Assembly: GCA_951406725.2 (NCBI GenBank)
Contig: OX597836.1
Location: 19,406,001 to 19,470,000 of the forward strand
DNA: 64,000 nt
Origin: Octopus vulgaris
Taxonomy: Eukaryota
Direction of reading: 5' to 3'
The notes beneath the pieces are model-generated. The model worked only from the letters and a program-made list of their open reading frames with translations. It had not been told where the DNA came from and did not search any database. A program made the position numbers and the translations under genes. Positions 53,280 to 64,000 of the stretch are shown here, piece after piece; the first letter of the stretch is position 1; each line of letters starts with the position of its first letter.

Positions 53280-54035
53280 TAAGGTGGTGAGCTGGCAAAA
53301 TCATTAATTAGTAGCCAGGTAAAATGCTTAGTAGCATTTCGTCCATCCTTACAGTCATAAGTTTAAATTCTGCTGAGGTCAACTTTGCCTTTCATCCTTT
53401 TGGGGTTGTTAAGATACGTACCAGTTCAGTAATGAGATTGATGTTTTTAACTTATCCTTCCCCCTCAAAATTACTGGCCTTGTACCAAAATTTGAAACCA
53501 ATATTTAAAGGGATCTCAAGGCAGCAAGCTGGCAGAACTGTTAGCACGTTGGGCAAAATACTTACATTCTGAGTTCAAATTCTGCCAAGGCTGATTTTAC
53601 TTTTCAGCCTTTCAAGACTGATAAATTAAGTACCATTTGAGCAATGGGGTGGGGGTGCGGTGTCAATGTAGTCAACTTACCTTTCCCCACAAACTTATTG
53701 GCCTTGGGCTAAAATTTGAAACCATTACTACTCCGCAAGCAGGCAGAATCATTAGAGTACCATGAAAAATGTCTTGTGCTATTTCTTCTAACTCTATACA
53801 TTCTGAGTTCAAATCTCATGAAAGTCAACAAAACCATTCATCATTCCTTGTGAAGGCATTCACGTAGTAAAGTACCAATTAAGTAGACCTCTCAACATTG
53901 CTGGTCCTGTACCTAAATCTCAGCTATAGAGGTGTCAATATTGACAGAAGCATTAGAACATCAGAAAAGTACCTGGCAGTATTTTTTCCAGCTCTTTACC
54001 TTCTGACATCAAATCCCACCAGGGTTAACTTCACT
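53280..54035 (+). mobile_element. Cluster of four old, diverged SINE C-type copies
   Basis: Repeated gctggcaga...ttctgagttcaaat...ttcatcc...agtacca. Confidence 0.65.
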
Positions 54036-54037
54036 TT

Positions 54038-54078
<41 letters not shown>

Positions 54079-54275
54079 GTATATATGCATGTGTGTGTGT
54101 GTGTATGTAATATATGTGAATAATAATTATAAATGTAACTATATTATTTTATATATGTGTGTGTATATATATATATCTATATTTATATATATATATCTAT
54201 ATTTATATATATATATCTATATTTATATATATATATATATATATATACATATATATACATATATATATATGTATA

Positions 54276-54316
<41 letters not shown>

Positions 54317-55029
54317 TTTTGTACATACATATATTTATTTACACACACACACACACACACACAAATATTAGCAAAGTTACAAAAGAGATTGACATTTTAT
54401 GCAAATGCCTATATAGATTAACCGACTGACAACAAGCAGATTTAGAGGATTTCACTAGACTCTGATAATCCACAGTGTTAATTTGATGTAAACCAAACAA
54501 CACGAACGACATAATCATCATCATCATCATCATCAACATCATCACCAGCATCATCACCATAGTCATTATAATCAACATCATCATCATCATCACCATTATC
54601 AATAACAGCATCAGTATCATTAGCATCGTTACCATCAACACCATCATTAACATAAACAGCATCATAGTCATCATCAACAACAATAACATTAGTATCCTCA
54701 ACATGAACTAACAATACTAATATCGTTATTAACAACAACAACAACATATTTTTTTTAAAAAGCAGCAAAAAGCTCCAAAACAACAAACTTCATTAATGGT
54801 TACTTAATTACATCTCATCAAGAATCATTGTTTTGTTTTTATTCTTATATATTACCGTTACTGTTGGTGGTTATGTAAGCGTCGATGATAAAACACACAG
54901 ACACACACACACATACATACATACATACATACATACATATGCAAACATTCATATATATATATATGTGTGTTTGTGTGTGTGTGTATTCAATTATTTACAT
55001 TATATATACATGTGAATATGTGTACATAT

Positions 55030-55450
55030 ACTCTTTTACTCTCTTTACTCTTTTACTTGTTTCAGTCATTTGACTGCGGCCATGCTGGAGCACCGCCTTT
55101 TTTAATCGAGCAACTCGACCCCGGGACTTATTCTTTTGTAATCCCAGTACTTATTCTATCGGTCTCTTTTGCCGAACCGCTAAGTAACAGGGACATAAAC
55201 ACACCAGCATTGGTTGTCAAGCAATGCTAGGGGGACAAACACAGACACACAAACACACACACGCATATATATATATATATACATATATATATGATGGGCT
55301 TCTTTCAGTTTCCATCTACCAAATCCACTTATAAGGCTTTGCTCGGCCTGAGGCTATAGTAGAAGACACTTGTCCAAGGTGTCACGCAGTGGGACTGAAC
55401 CCGGAACCATGTGGTTCGTAAGCAAGCTACTTACCACACAGCCACTCCTG
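55030..55450 (-). mobile_element. SINE family A copy
   Basis: Family similarity. Confidence 0.85.
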
Positions 55451-55782
55451 TGTATATAACATGATAGTTTTTCAAATCGTTTACTATATACTTTGATCTT
55501 TACTAAAATGCAAATGGTCACTGAGCTTAGAAAAAGGTGTAGTTTTAAATTGTTAATCATTTAAAACTACACAATACAAGTTTCTTATAAGAGTGAAATT
55601 ACAGACCATACCCCAAAATTGATAGTCGTACTTTACAATTTCTGTAAGCACAAAATCCCATAACCTGAGGTAACCACAATGTGGTGAATGCCTTTATATA
55701 TATATATATATATAAAGTCAATGTATGCACATCAGGCATGGGGCTAGGCCCTTTGTAGATGTGAAACCATTGGTACAGTAGG

Positions 55783-55925
55783 GATCACCACCTCCTGCCG
55801 GAGCCTCGTGGAGCTTTTTTTTAGGTGTTTTCGCTCAATAAACACACACAACGCCCGGTCTGGGAATCGAAACCGCGATCCTCCGACCGCAAGTCCGCTG
55901 CCCTAACCACTAGGCCATTGCGCCA
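55783..55925 (-). mobile_element. SINE family E head fragment
   Basis: Family similarity. Confidence 0.8.
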
Positions 55926-56137
55926 TATATATATTTTGTGAAATAGAAAGATGAATAATCTTGTTGCAGATTAATCATGTATGTATGTGTGTATGTATAT
56001 ATATATGTATGTATGTGTGTATGTATATATATGTATGTATGTGTGTATGTATACATATGCATTTATATGTATATACACGTTCGATTTGTTTTGCTCCGCC
56101 TCTGTTCTGTTTTTGTTTTTTCCAACGGATTTCCTAT

Positions 56138-56223
56138 TTCTTCCTGAAGAGAAAGACACAATATGGTCTCTTTATTCAATCAGAATTTGGTAAATTGTGC
56201 CTTTCGAAACACGTGTAGAATGC
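56138..56223 (+). ncRNA. Putative type I hammerhead ribozyme, intact core
   Basis: ttc-CTGAAGA-[gaaag-acacaat...attgtgc-ctttc]-GAAAC-ACGT-GTA-gaa, followed by AATAAA. Confidence 0.7.
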
Positions 56224-56275
56224 AATAAAACAATTTCTGTTCAATCTTCGTTCAACTCCATTTCTTCAATTCACT

Positions 56276-56339
<64 letters not shown>

Positions 56340-56382
56340 TTTAGTTTCAGCTCAGAGCTGCAGCCATGCTGATGCACCGCCG

Positions 56383-56416
<34 letters not shown>

Positions 56417-56717
56417 ATATTTTGAGGGAATATTATTCCTAACTTACAGGGAAAAATTCAATTTAGAAATACTAAATCAAATTTTACAAAATATAATATA
56501 TATATAAAAATTAGAAAAAACTAGAAAAAATTAGAAAAAAACCACCTGTTATCAATTCAAAATGAACAATTAAATTACACCATCTAGAAAATTACGTATA
56601 ATAGAAATATTAAATATAAAATAACAATAATATACTGATTATTAAGTAATGTGCAAAATAATAAATAAAACGTATATATTTGGTATATATATAATTGATA
56701 AAAGGTGGGTTTTTCTA

Positions 56718-56756
<39 letters not shown>

Positions 56757-56818
56757 GGTGCCCCAGCATGGCCACAGCTCGTGAGCTGAAACTAGACAAA
56801 ATTAAAAAAAAATTTTAA

Positions 56819-56911
<93 letters not shown>

Positions 56912-57072
56912 CATATATATATATACATATTGTATTTTTCTGGATGAAAATACTTCTTCCATTTAGGGCATTATTATCTAGGATCCCTAGTTTTGGGGGG
57001 TTTTTTTATCATGCTTTATTTAAGGGATTCTTTCATTTCTGTATGAATATATATGAATAAAAATCATTGTCG

Positions 57073-57521
57073 GAATCAATTTATTAGACTGAGTCCAATA
57101 AATCTCATCAAATAAATGGAACAGGTTCTGCTGGTAATATGGATTATTTATTTAATTTAATCAGACAGCTGTTTCTGTCGCAAAAGACCATATTTCAGGT
57201 TTACAATTGAAGAATAGGTATTTCCACAAAAGTAATTTACATTATTATATTAAGTCATTTGGAGTTCATCAGTGGATTAAATATATTAATATTTAAAGTT
57301 AGTATCTTTAGTTCTCTTCTTAAAATATTCAGTTATTATCCACTGATGAGTTCCAAATAACTTAATATAATAATGTGTATTACTTTTGTTGAAATATTTA
57401 TTCCTCAATTATATACCTGAAACAGCTGTCTGATTAAATTAAATAAATAATCCATACTACAATCAAAACTTGTTCCATTTATTTGATGACATGTTTTGGA
57501 CTCAGTCTAATAAATTAATTC
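57073..57521. repeat. Inverted repeat (about 200-bp arms), each arm with a hammerhead-like core
   Basis: CTGATGA (57343 + / 57272 -) and GAAACAGCTGTC (57419 + / 57175 -). Confidence 0.75.
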
Positions 57522-57625
57522 TTCCAATGCAGCCTTCTGGCTTCACAGACCCCAGTTGAACCGTCCAACCCATGCTAGCATGGAAAGCGGACGCTAAATG
57601 ATGATGATGATGATGATGATGATAT

Positions 57626-57664
<39 letters not shown>

Positions 57665-57749
57665 AACACACATATATATGTATATACATATAAATGCATA
57701 TGTATACATACACACATACATACATATATATACATACACACATACATAC

Positions 57750-57837
<88 letters not shown>

Positions 57838-58102
57838 ATAAAATCGGTAAGATAACAAAAGAAAGAAAGAGACCTCGATATTATGTAAATAGAAGAATTT
57901 ATCTGTAAATGTAATACGTGACAATTATTCGGTAGCCAAGATAAAACTCCGAGTTTCAGATGCCGAGGTGGAAATCCACACCACCATCTCTTGCTGCTTT
58001 TAAATAAAGCATATTACTCTATCTCTGGTATTTGAGTACCCTTTTTGTCACCTTGTTTCACATTTATGTGCTTACTCCAGTCGGCATATATATATATATA
58101 TG

Positions 58103-58150
<48 letters not shown>

Positions 58151-58377
58151 ATAAAATGAGATAGGGGTTGAAAAATTCAACCCACCATGGGATAACATAT
58201 ATCCAATATACTGCTAGTTAGGTACCCAACAAGACTAATACATAGATGTTAAAAATTGCCAAGCAATTAGTTCATCTATTGTATTATATGGGCAATGGTA
58301 ATAATATTACCGTAAATTAATACTACAAAATTAGAAAATGGAGAAACATACTTCTCCATTTTTTAATTTTGTAGTAT

Positions 58378-58416
<39 letters not shown>

Positions 58417-59096
58417 GCTTTATTTAAAAGCATATATATATATATATCTTTTAATATTCACAGTATTAAAATATAAGCTACTTACATACTAACACACACA
58501 CACACACATAACAGTTTTCCATCTACCAAGCACCAGATCCATTCACAAGGCCTTGGTCAGCCCACAGCTATAGCAGTAGACACTTGCCTAAGGTCCCTTG
58601 CCTAAGGTCCCTTTCCATGTGACTAAATCTGTAAAATCTCATGGTAAGCAACCTTCTTAACTGGACTTTCACACCTGAACCTTTGTGTATTGAATGGGTA
58701 TTGAATGGTATCAAATGGTTTTTGGTATTGCGTCATAACATTGTTTTTGCTTATTCAAATACAACTAGGAAGTTGGCTTTCATAAGGGAAGTTTGTTTAT
58801 GTGTGTGTGGGCATTAAGGTTTGAGTGCATGTGAGTGTGCAATTAATTTGTGGGTGTTGGTTGGAGTAGACATGTTGAAAGAGGTGGCGTGTGAGACTTT
58901 TTAAAAATTATATTGCAGAAGGTGGAGAAGAATTTGGGTGTGTTTTAAGTTGTGTGTGGTACATATTTGGTGGTGTAGGAATAGGTGTGAATGTGTGTGT
59001 CTTCCACGTGAGAGCATGTGTGTATACATACAAATATTCATTCATACACATGCAAAGACACACACATTCATACATATATATACATACATATATATC

Positions 59097-59493
59097 TCTT
59101 TTACTCTTTTACTTGTTTCAGTCATTTGACTGCGGCCATGCTGGAGCACCGCCTTTAATCGAGCAACTTGACCCCGGGACTTATTCTTTTGTAAGCCCAG
59201 TACTTATTCTATCGATCTCTTTTGCTGAACCGCTAAGTAACAGGGCCATAAACACACCAGCATCGGTTGTCAAGCAATGCTAGGGGTACAAACACAGACA
59301 CACAAATGCATATATATATATACATATATACGACGGGCTTCTTTCAGTTTCCGTCTACCAAATCCACTCGCAAGGCTTTGGTCGGCCTGAGGCTATAGTA
59401 GAAGACACTTGCCCAAGGTGCCACGTAGTGGGACTGAACCCAGAACCATGTGGTTAGTAAACAAGCTACTTACCACACAGCCACTCCTGCGCC
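59097..59493 (-). mobile_element. SINE family A copy
   Basis: Family similarity. Confidence 0.85.
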
Positions 59494-59560
59494 TATACAT
59501 GTATATATACATACATATATGCATATATATACATATATATATATATACATATACATAGTG

Positions 59561-59643
<83 letters not shown>

Positions 59644-59646
<3 letters not shown>

Positions 59647-59802
59647 GCGTAGGAGTGGCTGTGTGGTAAGAAGCCTGCTTACGAACCACATGGTTCTGGG
59701 TTCAGTCCCACTGCATGGCAACTTGGGCAAGTGTCTTCTACTTTAGCCTCGGGTCAACCAAATCCTTGTGAGTGGATTTGGTAGACAGAAACTGAAAGAA
59801 GC

Positions 59803-59880
<78 letters not shown>

Positions 59881-60083
59881 AGTGTATATGTTTGTGTGTC
59901 TGTGTTTGTCCCCCTAACATCACTTGACAACCAATGCTGGTGTGCTTACATCCTCATAACTTAACGGTTTGGCAAAAGAACTAGTTTACAAAGAATAAGT
60001 CCTGGGGTCAATTTGGTCGACTAAAGTGGTGCTCCAACATGGCTACAGTCAAATGGCTGAAACAAGTAAAAGAGTAAAAGAGT
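59644..60083 (+). mobile_element. SINE family A copy (head-to-head with 59097-59493)
   Basis: Family similarity. Confidence 0.85.
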
Positions 60084-60139
60084 ATGCATATATATATATA
60101 TATACACATATACATGTATATCTACATACATATATATAT

Positions 60140-60190
<51 letters not shown>

Positions 60191-60381
60191 CATACATACA
60201 TATAAATATATATATGTGTATAAGTATATATATATATATACACACACACATACACATATTTATATATAACTCATTCACTTGTTTGTCCTACCTTGCATTG
60301 GAGAGGTGCTATGCTTGTATGTATGAATGTAAATTTTATATACTAGTGTATATATATTTGTGTGTGCATGCATATGTATAT

Positions 60382-60454
<73 letters not shown>

Positions 60455-60564
60455 TACACATATATATATATATATGTACATATATATATATGGAAAACAG
60501 ACGCTAAATGATGATGATATATATATATATATATATATTTATTTGTGTATGTGTAAATATATAC

Positions 60565-60609
<45 letters not shown>

Positions 60610-61377
60610 CACGTACATATCTATCTATATGCATACACACACACCATACACACTCACATACCGATGCACAAACTTACATGTAAACTTAGTTTGATTGTTA
60701 TGCAGGAATTTTGGTGAGGCCATTTACGTTATTTACTGGCTAATTATGGTGTTTGTTTACAAGTGATTTCCTATTTACTGTAGTTCAGTGTGTGCATGCG
60801 AGTGTGTGTACGCTCACACAGAACTTTCTATGTGCTTGTACAAGATTGTATGTATATGTGTGTGTGTGCAAGGCTCCTTCCGGTGAAGGAATTCACTTCC
60901 TAATAACGGTTCCGGGTTCAATCCTACAGTATTTTTAAGTTCAGAAACATATCTTCTTGTATAGACCTCGGATAGATCAACAACTTCCAAGTGATGTTTA
61001 GCAAATAGAAACATGTACAGGAGCCCTTTATGTGTACATATTTACAATGTACCTATGCATATATATTTTCTAGTATTTCACATATAAACATCGGCATGAA
61101 AATCGATAAAATTCTGCTCTGAAATCTTTGTTGTTTTATGTTTCCAAGTGAAACTCAATTACCAAGATTCTTCTGTGCAAAATTTTCTCCACTTCATTTC
61201 AAGATCAGAAGATTGATTTCATTAATTGGTTTTGATGAGACACAGGAGAATGTATATAGTTTTGTTTTATATGGACCTATGAATGTTCTTGTGCTACTTT
61301 ATACCTTTATACACACACATGCACACACACGTGCACACACACACATGCACACACATACACACACACACACACACATC

Positions 61378-61792
61378 TTTTATCTTTTACTTGTTTCAGT
61401 CATTAGACTACGGCCATGCTGGAGCAATGCCTTGGGGAATTTCCACTTGAATGAAATAATCCTGGTACTTACTTTTTCCATTTTTTTTTAAACCTGGTAC
61501 TTATGCAATTGGTCTCTTTGCCATGCTGCTAAGTAATGGGAATGTAAATACACCAACACCAGTTGTCAAGTGGTGGTGGTAGGGGGTGGGGGGACAAACA
61601 CTTACACAAACACACACACACACACATAGCTATGTATATATGACAGGCTTCTTTCAGTTTCCATCTACCAAATCCACTCGCAAAGCTTTGATTGGCCAGA
61701 GGCTATAGTGGAAGACACTCGCCCAAGGTACCACACAATGAGACTGAACCCAGAACCATGTGATTGGGAAGCAAGCTTCTTACCACACAGTC

Positions 61793-61797
<5 letters not shown>
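61378..61797 (-). mobile_element. Diverged SINE family A copy
   Basis: Family similarity. Confidence 0.75.
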
Positions 61798-61835
<38 letters not shown>

Positions 61836-61964
61836 TCATCGTTTAATGTCCACTCTCCATGCTAGCATGGGTTGGATGATTTGACTGAGGACTGGCAAAT
61901 CAGGCTCCAATCTGATCTGGCAGAGTTTCTACAGCTGGATGCCCTTCCTAATGCCAACCACTCT

Positions 61965-62460
61965 GAGATTTATCCAGACCAAACTCCAACCCCATATCCT
62001 TTGAGAATGTTGTAACCAGGTCAAGGCTCTTTTCCATCTGATGCATATTCTTTGCATAAAGTTTTAAGTAATCCACAAAGAAACAGTGTGTAATTTTGGT
62101 ATTTATGTTTCTTTGTGAACCAGTGAGATACCCTTCAGACTTCTTTAACATGAATGACAAGGGGTTTACAGAAAATATAAACAGCATCACAGAGAGGCTG
62201 TCCCCTTGGAACATTCCTCTGTGATACTGTATTCTATCAGCGATAATACAATCACTACTTGCATTTAACTTCAAGACTGTGGCCCATGATGAAGTCAGGT
62301 CAGCTATGGCTTTGACTACACTTACTGGAACTTTAGCAAGTTGAAGGGATTCTAGCATTCATGAGTGGGAGACAGAGTCAAAGGCTGTCTTCTTGTCCAG
62401 CCCCATTGAAACTAGGTTCCTTCTATGCTCCCACACCTCTGACATTACAGATTTGTAATT
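61965..62460 (-). mobile_element. R4/Dong-like non-LTR reverse transcriptase fragment
   Basis: AFDSVSH...RGMFQGDSLSVMLF...THCFFVDYLKLYA...FSKDMGLEFGLDK. Confidence 0.85.
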
Positions 62461-62552
62461 ACCTTCTTCACAGCTGCTTGTTCTGCTGTGAGGGTGTTAT
62501 TACTTTCACAATGGAGGAAGAGGTTTAAATATGCTGTATATATCTTCTACAT

Positions 62553-62771
62553 CAGTGGTTTTCAACCAGGGTTCCGCGGAACCTTAGGGTTCCGCCAGTA
62601 CAGTCCAGGGGTTCCACAAGAAGTTACAAAACTGCTAAAATCGGCAGTAATTTTTAATTCTCCTGTGCAGATATGTGTGCATAAGACTATTAAATTATTG
62701 CACAGGGGTTCCTCGAGCCAGTGGAATGTTTCCTTGGGGTTCCGCTCCAGCAAAAAGTTTGAAAAGCACTG
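62553..62771. mobile_element. hAT (Charlie-like) MITE with 8-bp TSD
   Basis: TIR CAGTGGTTTTCAA...TTGAAAAGCACTG; TSD ttctacat at 62545-62552 and 62772-62779. Confidence 0.9.
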
Positions 62772-62960
62772 TTCTACATTAAGTTCTGGCATGCTCTTGG
62801 CCCGGTAGTTTTTTGCTATGTGGGTGGTTCTGCTTTTGAGGATCAGTTTTGTGTGTACTAGAGCTAACCAGTGGGATATGTTACTATTCTTATTGAGAAC
62901 TTGCTGGTATAGGTTGATAAGATATGGTCAGTAGAAGATTAGCATCTTGCACCAGTGCGT

Positions 62961-63000
<40 letters not shown>

Positions 63001-63199
63001 ATGTAGGTATCACCCTCACTGTTTTAATGTCCACTTTTCCATGCATGCATGGGGTGAAATGGAATTCATTCCAAGGGATTTTTCTACAGCCAGATACCCT
63101 AATTGTTACTAAACCCCACCTGTTTCCAAGCAAAATAAACCAGCTATTGTCCAAGATGCACTATTCCTATTACATATGTTACTCTACATATGGAAACCC

Positions 63200-63231
<32 letters not shown>

Positions 63232-63283
63232 ACTAAAAGTTAATATAAACAGCTAGGAGCAACATAATGCCATTTAGGAGAAA

Positions 63284-63529
63284 TTTAATCATCGCTAAAT
63301 GTGACTGAGGATGCCAAAGCACCTATATTGCTAGAAATAAGAGTCAAAAACTCTTAATGCTGTAAGAAGAGTGCCATATATATACACTGACAGGGGAGTG
63401 ATGGTCATGGGGCAATTACCTTCTCTGTCAATGTGTATATATTGTGCTCTTCGTATAGCATTAAGAGTTTTAACTCTTATTTCTAGCAATCTATGTGCTT
63501 CAGCACCCTCAGTCGCATTTAGTAACAAT

Positions 63530-63533
<4 letters not shown>
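63284..63533. repeat. Fold-back element (about 115-bp imperfect arms)
   Basis: attgctagaaataagagtcaaaaactcttaatgct mirrors agcattaagagttttaactcttatttctagcaat. Confidence 0.85.
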
Positions 63534-63565
<32 letters not shown>

Positions 63566-63634
63566 GGAGTAAACACATAAATGTGAAACAAGGTGGAAAA
63601 AAGAGTACTCAAATACCAGTGGTAGAGTAATATG

Positions 63635-63827
63635 CTTTATTTAAAGCAGCAGAAAATTCAACAAAACCTGTTACTCTGAGTTTCCCGTTGCCGTTCATCG
63701 GACAGTTTTTGCTAGCAGAAACTCTCCGATGAACGGCAACAGGAAACTCAGCAAAAACTGTCCGATGAACGGCAACGGGAAACTCAGAGTAACAGGTTTT
63801 GTTGAATTTTTTGCTGCTTTAAATAAA

Positions 63828-63828
<1 letters not shown>
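63635..63828. ncRNA. Inverted pair of hammerhead-like motifs (CCGAUGA core variant) plus a partial third copy
   Basis: ctgt-CCGATGA-a-cg(gcaa)cg-g-GAAAC-tcaga-GTA-acag on + (63758-63795) and mirrored on - (63668-63705). Confidence 0.6.
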
Positions 63829-63866
<38 letters not shown>

Positions 63867-64000
63867 CACATATATATATTTCGTTTTGGGATTTGGTTTG
63901 CAAGATTCTTTATATGAGTTTGTGTGTTGAAGCATATTCTGTTGTGTCTGGGGAGAGTCATTTTCTTTTTGTACCTTATAATTTAACACACTCACTGGTG

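Overview
Eukaryotic, AT-rich, microsatellite-saturated genomic DNA. The SINE families, the (TA)n/(GATA)n/(CAT)n load and the gene content point to an octopus/coleoid cephalopod (inference). Only one host coding segment is supportable: a large first coding exon (minus strand, ATG 30921 to GT donor after 29850) of a PLC-like/PRIP (PLCL1/2-type) gene ending in RRSSIIK...RKKTVSFSSMP. Positions 1-29849 are probably its intron, as I recognised no further exon. The rest is a patchwork of decayed mobile DNA: at least five SINE-like families, RTE, CR1/Jockey-like and R4/Dong LINE fragments, a Ty3/gypsy gag remnant, Penelope-like (GIY-YIG/RT) remnants, Helitrons, mariner pieces, hAT- and piggyBac-type MITEs, and a 7 x 134-bp tandem array. 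The most interesting signal is RNA-level. About ten type-I hammerhead-ribozyme-like cores (CUGANGA...GAAAC-palindrome-GUH) from several unrelated sequence families are present, and several are built as inverted (fold-back) pairs that put one hammerhead on each strand. Nearly all ORFs in the supplied track are microsatellite or SINE artefacts. Boundaries of decayed repeats are approximate, read by eye.
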